Assembly: GCA_001938485.1 (NCBI GenBank)
Contig: MQRK01185467.1
Span: 1 to 49,455 of the forward strand
Length of the DNA stretch: 49,455 bases
Reading direction: 5' to 3'
Source of the DNA: Girardia tigrina
Lineage: Eukaryota
The position numbers were made by a program, and so were the translations under genes. Below, piece after piece: positions 24,590 to 39,200 of this stretch. Position 1 is the first letter of the stretch, and each line of letters starts with the position of its first letter. The notes under the pieces were generated by a model, which saw only the letters and a list, made by a program, of their open reading frames with translations, had not been told where the DNA came from and searched no databases.

Positions 24590-26331
24590 TATTGTCGGAA
24601 AAGTCCTTTCAGATTGATTTTCTTAGATCATATTATTTCAGTGTAATGAGATAAAAGTTATTATATTTTAACATTATAAATCATTGCTAATTTTGGTATT
24701 GTTTTTTGGTGACACTTTCAAGTTGATTAAAAATGGATAATCGAAGGAAATATTTGCGGTATTTTCCTGTATTGTTTAAATAAATGGAAATGAAGTGCAG
24801 TAGATCCAGTTAACATCCAAAAGATAATACTCCCTTCTGTCCGAAAATAAGAATATTATTTCCATTTTACTGTTATTTTCGAGATTAAAATAACTGATGA
24901 AAATAAAAAGACAAACAAAAAATTAAGTTGTTATTAGAAAATACATTTTTTTACATACATAGGAGCAGGTACATTATTTGAAGTTTATGAGGGGTTAGTT
25001 TAAATTTTAGTTTCGCCAAAATAATTTATTATTTTTTTGATTTGAAAATAAATTAAAAAATTAAATGTAGAGTAAAAATATGAAAAATAAATACTTATTT
25101 AAAATATGTTTACAGTAATAACAATTGATATATTTTGATAAAAGTTATGAAATAAGTTTAAATAAATTTCAAATAAATAATTAACGGATCAATATTAAAG
25201 AAATATTTTTTAACAAAAGAGTCTATTGTAAATTTAAATTAATTAGTTTTTATGATAAAGTTTCGTAGAAAAATGTAAAATAATTTAAGGTTTAGATTTT
25301 GTAAAATTTTCGTAAAAAATGTAAATATAATTTGAAGTTAAATTTGAAAAATGTAAAATAATTTAAAATTTGAATTTTGTAAAATTTTTTGTAAATAAAT
25401 ATAAATATAATTTGAAGTTTATATTTCGTAAATTTTCAAAATTTAAACGAAAAGAATTATGAATTAATTTTGGGTGAAATAATTGAATTAATAAGAAATT
25501 TGTTTAAGTATGTGAATTGTTGATATTAATAAATTTTATGGTGTTAAATTATGACTTCAGAATGTGATAATAATGAAAGTGGCATAAACGCTACTTACAA
25601 TGTGTATATATTTGGATACAAGAAAACAAAAACGCCATTTAGCTTTTACAATCATCGTTAAATGGTTTTCAGACTGTTATACCATAAATAATTTCCATAT
25701 TTTTGTTGTTTGTTCTTTTAAATATATATAAATATATAAACAAGTTTAATCTTTCTCTGATTTCTGAAAACAATTAATATATTTTTATTGTTTATATATT
25801 TAATTTATTTATATTAGTCATGTTTATGTTTATCAATGAATACTTCATCCCTTCATACCATTTAAAAAAACCTAATATTTAGAAATGGGACTCTTATTTT
25901 CAGACAGAGGGAGTAACAATTCTTCATTCACGGAATTTAACTGATCAGTCTAATCTCTCTGGTGATCTTTCTACATTGTCAACCTATGATCTCGGATAAA
26001 ATACCACCATTATTTTTATAGTTTTGACTTCAGTTATCTATCGACACTTTCAAATATACTTGTGTTTTCCTTGTCAAAATTGTATGAAGCACTTTTTGGT
26101 CAGTCGATAGAAATTCCTGGAACTTGGGTGTAAAGTGAACATAAAACCATTGAATCGGATTTTTATCTATTCCCCATCATACCAAAAACTCGACAAAAAC
26201 AATGAAGAAACATACTTGGATGATTAATCGTTTAACAAATTCTAAAAATAAATGAAACTTATCGTCCGAAAGATTGTATTTATTTCATTTTTTATTGTAA
26301 AATACCGCAAAGGACTTTCCTGTCAACGTAA
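24590..26331 (+). mobile_element. Old mariner relic hosting the Stowaway-like MITE
   Basis: Degenerate inverted ends tgtcggaaaagtcctttc / gcaaaggactttcctgtcaacgtaa; a MDNRRKYLR-like N-terminal remnant at 24733. Confidence 0.45.
24830..25913. mobile_element. Stowaway-like (CTCCC-TIR, Tc1/mariner superfamily) non-autonomous element
   Basis: TA|CTCCCTTCTGTCCGAAAATAAGA ... TCTTATTTTCAGACAGAGGGAG|TA. Confidence 0.88.
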
Positions 26332-27195
26332 TATTTATCGCATCAATAAAAACAAAATTAAAAAGAACCGCAATTTTGATTAATTCCTTTCAGAATTTAA
26401 AACAATTAATTTATTCAAATTTCTAATGAAATGATAAAAAAACGATTAATAAAAAAATAATCATCAAATATTATCGACACGGAAAAAAAACACCCCCAAA
26501 ACCAAATCCTGTAGTTAAATGACAAAAAAGTAGTAGTTCTTCAATCCCATTGATATTTCTTCAACAGAAAACCGAGTGCGCATATCCACGGGTAGAGAAG
26601 AAGACAAGAAACACTTTGATCAATTAACACTGAAACCAAAACTGGCAGAAATGGAAATAATTTCACCAATCAACAAATAGTAACACAATAACTTAACACG
26701 TTTGTTTATTCATTTCTACTGGTGAAGAAGAAAATTAAAATAATTTTAAATTAAAAAAAAACAATCTTTATGTACAAAAGAAAAACAATTACAATACCTT
26801 TTTGTTTAATTGTCAATCGTTATTAAAGACAATTTGGCCTTCGATATTATAATAAATACAAATTATTAAAAGATAATTTTCAAAAAATAAAATCTGTTAA
26901 AGTCAACAAAATATTCTTTGAAAATTGAAGTTTGTTTGCATTAGATTTGTTTGTAAATTGTAAAAATATATTTATAAAAAATCAATAAGAATAAATTTGA
27001 AATTTTCCCGTAAAATGATGCTATTCCCATTGCTGATTACCGCAATAAAGTCCGAATGAAAATTAATAAAAAGTAGTCTTTGTAATTTTATAAACACATA
27101 TTAATCGATACTCTTTCAATTGATAAAAGTTGATATACAAAATTGGTTTGTTACAAATTTCACACAGATTCATTAATAAATCAATCAAAATAAAT

Positions 27196-27269
27196 TCAGT
27201 ATTTACTCAGATGTGATTCATTTGGACTGGTGTAACTGGAAAAACCGTTCCATTCTGAATTTCTTATTC
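27196..27269 (-). CDS. CNOT4: CNOT4 last coding exon (exon 8)
   Basis: ttgaacag acceptor; phase-1 join gives G-IRNSEWNGFSSYTSPNESHLSKY*. Confidence 0.65.
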
Positions 27270-30200
27270 CTGTTCAACAAAAGAAAGGTCTGCTAATATT
27301 TTGTTCGGAAATAAATTTTGAAAGGTTCACCTGAATTTTCATTCATTGAATGAGATCTGTTGTAACCAGAAGAACGAATTGCAGCGTGTGAGATATCGGA
27401 TGGACCGTCGCAAAATGCGGACTGAGCATTCTTCCAAGAATGTGATCCATGCAGTGACTGAGAATTAATATCATTGAACATCAATCCACCGTTTGAGTAA
27501 TTGAAATCATTATGGTAATTGCTACCCGTGGAAATCTTAATTAAATGTCTTTGTCAGCAAATAAGTAAAATGTGTCTGCTTATATAGTTATCATTTTTTA
27601 TTCCACCATATCATTAAATTTTTTGTCTTAAACTTAAATAATAATAAATAAATAAACTTAAAAAATCAAAAAAATATAAAATAAGAATTTGTTGAATTTA
27701 ACTTTGATATACGCTTAAAATATTCAGTTTTGTTTGACTTTATTATTCTTTTGAAATATTTATCGATTGGATACATGCATAGAAATGTTGACGAAAATCT
27801 GTAAAATCGACCTCCAAAGGATGCTCAATAATGAAAATGTATCACATCTTTAGTCATATTAGTCAATAAGATGGTTCAATCCTCTCCCATAGGTGAAAAT
27901 TCTTTTTAAAAGTGGTTTGGCAATCATTTCTTAACAGTAAAGAATATCATTGCGTTGTACATTTTTTTTAAAATAAACTCCAACTGATTATCATCATAAA
28001 CAAAAAAGCACCCGTCGTATATGATGGAAGAGTTGAATTTACTTCTTTGTAAAGTTGTGTTTTAATTTTAAAATCATAATTATAATTTATTATTTCAAAT
28101 TCGGTTTTGATTTAACAGTTGGTCGGGACTATCCAGACTGACTACGTCTTTGTGTGGATTCACTTCGGTTCCTCCACTATTTTGCATTTATATCATAATG
28201 TGATTGACAAACAAACTAACTAACATTTTAGACATATATATTATTTATTTATATTTAAATTCTAAAATATTTGAATTTGAGTTTCACTCAGAATTTTGAA
28301 TAATTCATATAAATCATTATGGTGAACCAAAAGTTCTTTCGGATATTTTATGTCATTCTAAAATAAATATATTTTATATGCATGTGTTAGATACTATTTT
28401 AAAAGTCTGTAATCGTTCTATCACATTATTCATATATAAAGCAGTTCCGCAGACGCTGATTATATTTTCATATTAGCCCGAGTTATTGTACATTGATTAA
28501 AAAATTAAGCCCTGCAAAAGCAGGAAAAAATTTGATCACAGCAAACTTTGAGCGTTACGCAGATGAAACAATGGTGAAATTATACTTCATAATTTATAAC
28601 AATGAACCTAATTTTATTAGATACATAAAATTGCTCTTTAAAATATAAAATTAGGTTATCTGGCATTAATAACATCGCTAATCTTGCTTGAGATCAATTT
28701 AGAAGGACTAATCATTAAAAAGATCTTAATTGTAAATTAGAAGAAAATTTTGATTCGCCTTAAACTTCAGATAAAATAGTTTTATTTTATACCGATAAAA
28801 TCGAAAATGTATTTTTTTGGTTTTAGTTATTTCAATGTTCAAGATATTAATGGAGCAATGAGAGATAACGGACCAATAACTGTTCCATTTCTATTTAATC
28901 ATCGAACATTAATCATTGTTGATTCATATTTAAAACAATATAAATTTATATTATAATCTTGAAAAATAGAAAGAACATTAAGTACCCTAAAAATGTATTT
29001 ATTCATGACGCAATATTGACATTTGCTGTCCACCGATTATTTAACCAATATCGAAATTGTATTTATTTAATTGTTTTATTCAACTTTTTTAAGCTTTCTA
29101 CTTTTATCATAGTATTGTAAACATTTGAAGACGAAGATTACTAAAAAAGAAATATGGAATACTTCTAAAAATATTTTTAAAGATACAATTTCATGTCCGA
29201 ACAACGCAATGTTTTGATAATAAATTATGCAGTAAGAATGATAGACAAATCTAATGTCAAATGATTCAAATAAGCAATTTAAATGCGAATAATAGATTAT
29301 TTTGATGTGGTTCATTATTATCACTTCCAAACAAATAGCACGACATAGCAGATCGAATAATTAATGTCACAGACGCAATACTTGTTGGAGTGTCTTGAAA
29401 ATCCGAAAGAAATTATCAGTTTAAATTTTATATTGGAAAAAAATCGAAATTTATTCCTATTTTATAAAAATTATAATTTTTAATCAGAATTTTTATTAAA
29501 TGTTGACACATTATCTATCAAAATCTTCATAACTCAATGTCACTGTAATTGATCCTTCGACGACTCAAATTTTTTTCATTTGAATTTTTACAGATCAGAT
29601 CATTATGGCAATTTGACGCAATTTATTTTCGGTAAATAATGATTGTTGATATCAGACATTTTAGACACATAGTAAGTTTGCTATAATTGTAAAAAAAGTA
29701 CACAAGATTCAACCTTAAACTTTGATTGTTACTGATGCGTCTTCATTACTGGGTAACTTTGACACTAGCTTTTTCCTGGTTTTCATAGGTTCTATTTTTG
29801 GACGAAAAATAAATAAAGATATTTTAATATGAATTGAAACACTGTACTTATTATTTTTGGTTATCATAAACTGGAAGGGTTTTTTATTTCAAAAAATAAT
29901 TAATATTAAATAATAATAATTATTAAGTTAAATAAATGACTTTAGAAACAATACTTCCACGTAGTGTCGCGGGGAAACTAGAATTATGGTTTGAGTCTGA
30001 TGAATTGTGGATTAGTGAACCACTTACAAAGTGACTTTCTGGGTGACAAAAGCCGTGTGGGTCAATAGCGAAGGATAGGAGGCAAGAATAACCTGTGATG
30101 GATGGTGAGACATAAGTGACGCCTACTGAGTTCAGTCATTCAGGTGGAGTAACGTTTCATGGATTCATGTTTTTAGGTTTCGCGATGTTGTGAAAATTCC

Positions 30201-33200
30201 ATGAAAATTCATTCGAAGAATCAAATTTAATGCACTATGAGCGTCCCAGCACCCCATAAAAAGCGTCATGGCTTAATATTATGAAGACAAGATGGTCACT
30301 GTGTAGAAAGATGAAACTGGATAGGTTTGGCCATGAAGTATTTTTTAATCAAACAATATTAGAATCTAAATTATACTGATAATAACATTATAACATTATA
30401 CTGATAATAATACTTATAATAACAATTAAACCCTACTTATACTCAAAAGCAAAGTTAATTATATAATCAATTGATATTTGATGCATTTATACCAAGTTGT
30501 ATGAACCGATATTTACAAGTTTCTCCTAAAATATCATTAAGAATTTGAATTTTGAAAAAAAGTTAGTATGAATGAAGAAACAATATTGCTATAAAATAAC
30601 ACGAAATCATTAAGTATTCTCTCAGCTTGTTTTCCTCGGCAACATGGTATTGTCTGTTAGATCATTTTAATTAATTTTTTTGACAAAAGTTTTCCTCGTT
30701 TTTCGATTGTGATAAAAAAGATATATGGATAGAATTATTTTTACAAACTTGAAACAATCGATATCGAACCGAAAAGAATTCATAATAAATCAGATAATAA
30801 TTTAAAAATCTCAATCTTTATCATGAGAAAAAAGAAGGTCAGAAAAAATAGTGGAGTCAACCCAATTGATTGAATCAAATGCGATGGATCACAGAGTGTC
30901 TTGGAATTACTACTCGACAATTCTAAATATGTTATTTAGATGCGAGATCTTATCAAGATTCACAGAAATTATTGTCAAACAAAAGTGGGATATCTCATAG
31001 ATATCGGTATTAATAATATAATTTTTGATCAACTTTTTTTTTTGATCAACTTTAATAAGAAAATATTGAAATTCAAATAGTAGAAAATGTTACCTGATTT
31101 GGACAATTATAATTGATTGGAAACTGATTGTTGAATTGATTATGATTGATTCCCATTTGAAGATCTGGACTTGAGTGTTGATTCTGATACCTTTGATACA
31201 TATCGACATTATTTGGATTATTCATAAACAGTGTCATAATGTCATTTGATGATGGATCACCAAGACAACTGTTATTGCCTGTTGCCTCAAACCCAGGAGG
31301 AGGGGATGGAAAACCGGAAGAAATAGATTGCACGGCAGTAGAGGTGCTGGGAATAGTATTGTTTTGATTAGCCACCAAATTTAAATTGGTCATTTGTTGA
31401 TTTAATCTAGACTCATTTGGAGAGGGTTTATCGTGAATAAAGGGTTGTCCAGGTGCACGTGAATTCAGATTAAAGAAATCATTGTTCGATTGCATTATAT
31501 AATCATGGGGATTTGGTCGAAGCATGCCGCGTTGAGGAAGAGGTGCATAAAGAGGATCATTGGGTATTAGTTTATTTGTTAAATAATTATTCATTCCCGG
31601 AGTGGATTTTTGACGGTTTTCATTAGCTATCATTTCGGCTAAAGCTTGTCGTGAAACATTGATAGGATCAAAATCAATATCAGCTGTGTCTTTGAATTTC
31701 TGTTCGTAATTTGAATTGTTTTTATCAGATCCAAAAAACCTATTAAAGTCCATATCTGATCTGTGGTGATATTGGCAGTAATTGAGGACTCCATTATTGT
31801 TTGCTTGTTGATTTATGTTGTGATCATATTGCTGATTGGTGGTTGAATTGCTTTGAGAATTGAGTTGATAAAAACTTTCCAACAATGAATTACTATTATC
31901 TGAATTAATACAATTCATGAATGTGTCTGATACCCGAGAGAGAGGTGAACTGGAATTTAGTGAACTACCTAAGGTTTCACTGGGATGTGAAGTGTTTGAC
32001 TGAGAATTATCCATTATACTATGCTGATAGTTATCTTTTGAAACGTTTGATAGAGTCTGATCTGGACCTGTTTTACTGACTGGCGGTAATTTTGAATTAC
32101 TGATATCACCTGACACCATATACACTTTGCTAGCATCATTTGGATCTGTTCCTATTGGTGTCATATGGACTAACCCAGGTCTCTGAGATTTACTGTTTGA
32201 TGCTAAAATGTGTGGAGTTGGTGTGGTTGATATACTACTCGTAAGACTTGTTTTTCTCTGAGTTGGAGTTACACAGTCAGAATTTGTTATTGATGTGGTT
32301 GTGGCTGTCGAAGAAGTGGTATTTACAATATTTAATTTTGAACTGTCGTGATACTCTTGAATAAGTTGATTTTCATATTCGGTATGTTTACCATTTGCCA
32401 TGTCTTCTTTTGTGAAACTAGCGGCTTGATCGCCCATTTCGTGAAGATACATACAATCTTGTTTTGTACATTTTCTATTACGTAAAAATTGACTGCAGTA
32501 TTTTGTTGTCCCGAGAGATAATTTTACAGCACGACCATCTATTTCCAACTTTTTCAGATCCACCAAAGTTTTTAGTGCATCCTCATTGCGGTGGTACGTA
32601 ACATAAGCACTGAGACATGATGTTCCCTAAAAAAGATTATTATTAATTGTTAAAAAAATCCAAGTCATAACTTTCCCAAAACTTCAAAACGTTTTAAAAA
32701 TTTACGTGTTGTACATTACATAAATACGAAAATATATATTATATATACATATATACGAAAATATATATTATATATACATATATACGAAACTTAACAATAA
32801 AAATAAAAACAAATATTTTCATTAAAAAGCAAAAATAATAATTCTCTTTATTGGATATTACCAAAACCTTGTGTTGAGAACAGGCATTACTGACTTATCG
32901 AGATTCATTAAATATTTGTTATTTTATAGTTTTATTTTATAAAAATTCAGATTTGTCAGAAAAGATGATGAAATAAAAATACATAAAACTGCAGAGATTA
33001 TATTAAAATCTTGCACAATATTAGTATAATATATATAAAAAGTGATTTATTCCACATCCATGTGGTTCAAAATTGCTAATTTCGGTCTTCGATGTATGAA
33101 AGTATTTGTTGCTGTTTAAACCGAGTTCACATTCATGAACATGAAAAATAGGATCCGATCGCTGAATAGATGTATAACTCACATTTTGAGACTTCGTTTG

Positions 33201-36200
33201 CATATAGTGGAACAATAGGATCATGGAGTTCCAATGTACTTAAAGCATCAAAAAGAGCAGACATAAAAATCACATCGATTTCAAAATTTTATTGATTATT
33301 TAAAAAATTTTATTTTTACATTAAGAAATTCAAATATTTATTATCACTTATATTAATTAATTCTTATCTCTTTTAAATTAATTAATATTTAGTGTTATTC
33401 GGTTTGAATTTAATTTCAGTTTTGATTGTGAATTTTATTATAGAAGATTAACAAATTCGGATAAATAAAAAAATATATTTACAAAATTTTTGTTTGATGT
33501 TGGACACTCAGTTTGGATGAGTATTCTATTCGATAACATACCCTTAATTTGCAGTAACCAAAACTTACACTATAACTAATTATAATAAATAATAATGAAA
33601 ATTAAAATGAGTTGTGGGTTCAAATTATTGAGACATTTGTAAATAGTTCCATATGAAGAATAGACAAATCAAAATTTAAATAATGGCTATTGAAAATATT
33701 ATGATTATAACCAATAGAATCCAAATGAACGTAAATGGTTACTCTTATTTGAATATCATTAAGACCGGAAGAACTGCGACATTAACCGCTAATTAATCAA
33801 CTGATATAGAATATCTACAATGGAAGCACGCTTAGTAGATTTATATGGTTAATAATTATCTTAATGTTTCAATACATATGTTTAAATACATTTAATTAGA
33901 AAATTATTTATTAAAATAATTTTCTTAAGAATATTAAATTTTTATCATTTCTTCAATGTTTAAAAACTATAAAAATTTCTAATATGTTTAATGATACAAA
34001 TTGAACATTTTACACCTTATCTAATTGAACATTTCTGGTGCCCGGAGTATTGGGAGAGGGTTTTAAGACATGACAATCGAATCCTATCAACATAATTCTT
34101 TACAATAAAAACGTGTGACCGTCATTATTGTGAACAAAAATTGTCTTTTATTAATTATGAAAATAACATTTCTTATCAAATTTATTGACAATACATAAAG
34201 ATTTTACCACTACGGAATCTTCAGTGTAATTAAATTAATTTCTATATAGTTGATACCTCGAAAAAATGCTTTAATATGTGAATGGATTGTTAAGACGTTA
34301 TTAACAATATTTAGTATGGGCATCTCTGTATACTTGTACATTCTTGTAATTCTTTTTGCATAATTTAGAACAAAAATTTTAATGGTGAATGATTTTTTTA
34401 TGTTCTGACATATGTCGATAACTCTTATATTTAAAGGTCATGAGGATGCCCAATTTAGGAATGTTTCTATGAATCTTTGGTCCCAAGCTTGGATTCCTAA
34501 ACTGAATACTTTTCCAAAAATGCCTCTCTTCGTTTCACTGGACTGAATGTACAACATTCTGAAACAATATTTCATAAACTCAGTGTGTTCATATTGATTT
34601 ACGTAACATTTGTAAGAGTTTAATAAGGTTGTGTTTATCTATAAGCAGTTTTATTATCAGTTTGACGAAGAAAATTTATGATCATTAATATAACAAAATC
34701 TTTTTTTAATTATAATCTAAGATTTTAAATTTAAAAAGTAATAAAGTCGAATCTTTTGGTAAAAGTAATTGAAAATTTTCTACTTGTTTTATGTATATAG
34801 AAGATAAATTGAAAGAAAGCCGATAAAAGAATTGATGCGGTCTATTTCCACGGATTATCTTCATATTAATTGCGACATCCCAGATAGAGAGAGAAACAAA
34901 GCGAGCATCAAATCAGAGAAAGATTTAACTTGAGATTGCGACTGCGATTTTATTATAATTCTGAAAATTAAATTTGTTTATAGAAACAACGAATAAATTA
35001 ACTTTTCTTTTAAACCGAATAAACTGATAAAGGACATAAAAATGATTTATTTGGGCATATGAATATAATAATACAACTCAAAAAATTATAAAAATTATAA
35101 TGCCGAATAAATAAAATAATTCTTTATTTATGATTTTCAGTGATTCTCTAAAATTGATTGATTAAATTCACAAGAATTTCCAGAAAATAATTCGATATGA
35201 CAAAATGATTGTTGAGAGTGCTATCGAGATAAACTTCATTCTTTGCTTTTAATATTATCTCCATTTTTAAATGGACATAAGTGGCGTTTTGATGTCTTTT
35301 AAGAGACCACGGCTAAAATAAATCTGAAGTACTTTAAAATGATTGATAACAATAAATCAATATTTTTAGGGTTTGAAAACCTCAAAATGTTTTAACATTT
35401 AGAAAGACATGTTTTATGAAAATTATTTAACAATAAATAATTATATAATATTATTATTTCTAAAATTAATTTTATGATACTAACCTGTGGGCCGGGAAAT
35501 GTTTGATTTTGATTGATAACGATTTTATATACTTTCCCACATTTTCCAAAATAATCTAAACCCTTCAATAATTCTACTTCTTCTGCCATTCGCATTGGGA
35601 GACCGACAACGAATATCAGATTCTTCTGTAAAACTCGATATTCTGATAAATATTCTTTGCCTTCCTGAGCGGGCTTTCCTTTCTTTGGGCATACTTTTTT
35701 TGAACTTTTTAATTTTATTTTAATTCTAAAAACATTTTTTGACATTAATTGGAATATTAATTATAACGGGAATAAAATAGCATTATTTTGAAATAATTAA
35801 TTTGTATAAATAATTTTTAAAATAAGAAAATATCTAAAATCAAAAGCTTTTATAAAAGAATTATATTTAAAAATATATCTAAATAATTTTATAAAAGTTA
35901 TTTTCAAGAATTATTTACTTTTATTTGCTAAAAAACTTAAGATGAAATTAATTGTTAAATAATTGATTTAAAAAAATATATAAAGCCAAGGATAATTATG
36001 TTTTAAATGAATTTTAAAAGTCATTCTGAAAAAAATTAATTAATGAAATTTTGATTGATAGAAATGTAATTTTTAAAACTTTATAACTTGAAATTCTCTA
36101 AATTAAAGATTTGATAAATAATTAATTTTAAATAGTTTTTTTAAATAAATATAATAAATAATATAATAAATTTAAATATTGTAAATTTTTTTTATTTAAG

Positions 36201-39200
36201 TTATACAGATGCTAAATGATTTTTAATTTTACGTTAATGAATTCCATTCTTGATCAAGAACCCAATAGATACAATGAAAATTAAGAAGCAAATATTTATA
36301 TTAACAAAAGAACATTTTTTAAGAACATTTTATAACCCAAATTTTTAGAAATATTTACACTTCTTAAAACAAATTTCATCATTATCAGTCCAAAATGCAA
36401 CTTTAAGAGTTATAAAAATACTTAGAAATATTAAAGATAATCAATAAAACCTAGTGCACCATGGCATTTTGTAACATAAAATGTCATGGGAATAGATGGA
36501 ACTTGATTTCACATATAATAGTGACCCATTTTATTGATTTATTTTAAACATTTTTGAAACAGAATATGAATTTGGTTGAAAGTAAAAAACGTTTGTAAGT
36601 AATACAAAAATTAATAATTAAATGTAGTTTCACAGTTCTCACATAATGTTAGCTCCATTTTCCTTCACTTATAATAAGAAAGTATGATTAAAACCAGCAA
36701 AAGGTGTAACATGAAAAAAAATACCTTTAAATAAATAACAAAAACATTGTACATAAGCCGCGACCCATCGGAACTGATAATTTTAATATCCTTCGATTAC
36801 TTCTTCTTTAAAGCTTATGTATATGGAATATACCCAACATCAGGTGCGTACGCAAAAAAATATTTCGTGTGGGTGTAATATTACGTAATAACCGTTTTTT
36901 TACAGTTATAAATATTAAATTAATCATTATTAAAATAATAAAATTTATAATATTATCGAAACACCACTAATGCAACTAATATCCCTTGGCCATTGGCTTC
37001 TATAGATAGAAGGATTTCGTTATCTGCAGCATGTTTTATGTTTTGAGGAAGTAAAATTTCTATGTTCTACAAAACTTATTACGTAATTAAGGTAATCATT
37101 TAAATTTTTCGGGCGTATGATTTTCTTAAAATTGCAAAATATTAATTATTTTGGACAATTCACATTTTAAACTTAAACATTTTAATTGTTTCTTAATGTT
37201 AGTTAAAAAAACTCTGAAGTTATTAGAATTATTATTTAATTTTCTAAATTAATTTGGAGAGTTCACATTTTAAACATAAGATTGTAATTCATTTTTTTTG
37301 TCGGGTGGGGGAGGGCATTTATCCCCCTAATTCCCTCCTGCGTACCCGCCTGTCCAACATTACTATTAAAATTCACAAAAAGAATGCCTAAGAATATGAT
37401 GAGAGCGTGTTAAATGATAGAAGTCTTTCTGCTATACCTATATTATTTTAAAACACTAGTATTGGAAGTAATGTTGGTAAATGCTTCATAGTCAAATGTA
37501 TTAAAAGATGATGTGCTATTCTTAGTGATTATGAATATTGCCCGTCGTTGACTGAACCGGTGCCATTGCTACATTTGTCCGAAAGTCGATATACAATGAC
37601 AAACTAAATACAACTAAAATGTCAACATAGCGGCTTGTTACAAACTCAAATCAAGAATTGGTAATTTTACACAGAAATAAAAGAAGTAAAATAAAATGAT
37701 AGCGATTTGATTCATTGAAAATTATTAAAAAAATAAACATTAATATTCGGAAATCTGGAACGGTTTACTTTAACATCAAAATTGTGTCTAGAAATGAAAA
37801 ATGAGGATTATTTCCAAAAAATAACAACAGATAATTCTTTATGTTTTATGTCAGATCTTATCAGATAAATTACAGATTAAAGATATTAGTTTTGGAATTA
37901 AATATCCGAATGAAATTTATTGAGGTTCTCATATGAAAAATATCTATTTGGTCTAAGTTTTTTATTCATCTGGCAACAGTAATTATTTATTAATGTATTC
38001 AATACATTCATGACAACATTGCCTTTATCTAGAGGATCAAAGAAAAGAATTGAAGTTAGTGTCCACGACAAATATCTATCGGGTCCGACACTCGTTACAT
38101 TGATGTTTCACGAATAATATTAACGGTCGATTTTCGATTTTCCTTTTCAGCATAAAATAATATTAATAAACGAATCGGGTATTCTTTAATTGATAAATAA
38201 ATTTTCTTTTAAAACAAGAATGAGATTATAGTCCTAAAAGTGATTCAATAGTATTATGGAAAGAACTTCAAGCAGGAAATATTAAAATATAAGTTTGATA
38301 GATAAAATCGCTTCAATAAAATACAATCACGTTCGCTTTTTGGTTAAAATAATGTCAATTAAAATTCCTTTAAATTTGAGGGTTTTGATTCGAGCTATTA
38401 TTTCTGTGAATTTTCTTTTCCATGAAAATTGTTTATTTTTGGATTAAAAGTATTAATCAAGATACAATATAAACATGTTGACGTTTTGTTTTTTATGACT
38501 TCACTGATTCTCTGGTAACGGATAAAAAATCGTATGCAAAAGGATAAATATGATTTCTTTCAAGAAATTTCATCGGGTGAAGAAAATGAAGGATATTTGT
38601 TGCGTAATGATCGTTATTATCTAATTTGTTTGTGTAATGTAATTCTATTATATCAGAATTGAGAAGACCCTCATCCTCCATGTTTTTCATAATTGCAAAA
38701 ATGGGAAAAGATTGAAATTTAAAAAATTAGATTTTTGGACCATGAAAATAATTGTAATACTTGAAAAACTTATTTAAAAATATTACATTTTGTTACACAA
38801 GGTTACAAAAAGTCCTCATTATTCAACTTAAAATTAGAAACAAACGATAAAATGGATGCTTCTATTTTCATTAGAGATTTTTTGTGAAGACTCTAGAAAA
38901 TGTCCGTGCTTAAGAAATATTGTGTCAAGAAACATTCTTGGCAATTTATTCGTATATTGCATTCAAATATAAATTGTAGCAAAATGCTTGATCGCTGTAA
39001 CTGAAATAGCTTTTAGGAATAATTAAATAAACGTAGTTTTTTTATTCATTGAGTCTTGCTCAACAAATTACCCTGCTCATAGACAAACTGTTCAATGCAT
39101 CATAAATTTCCCTTTAAAAAGTACGCCCAAAAATCAGACTGAGAAAAAATATTAAATATATGGAATAAAATTTCTACCAAAATACACTAATATTTTCCTA

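Noticed and set aside
31073-31093. ORF-track stop after ...NQVTFSTI as the CNOT4 end
   Set aside because: A strong CAG|GTAACA donor and in-phase downstream exons favour splicing, though an intron-retained isoform is not excluded.
38493-38690. 65-aa minus ORF as an extra CNOT4 exon
   Set aside because: Exons 4 and 5 already join in phase with normal NOT4 spacing, and no convincing splice sites flank it.
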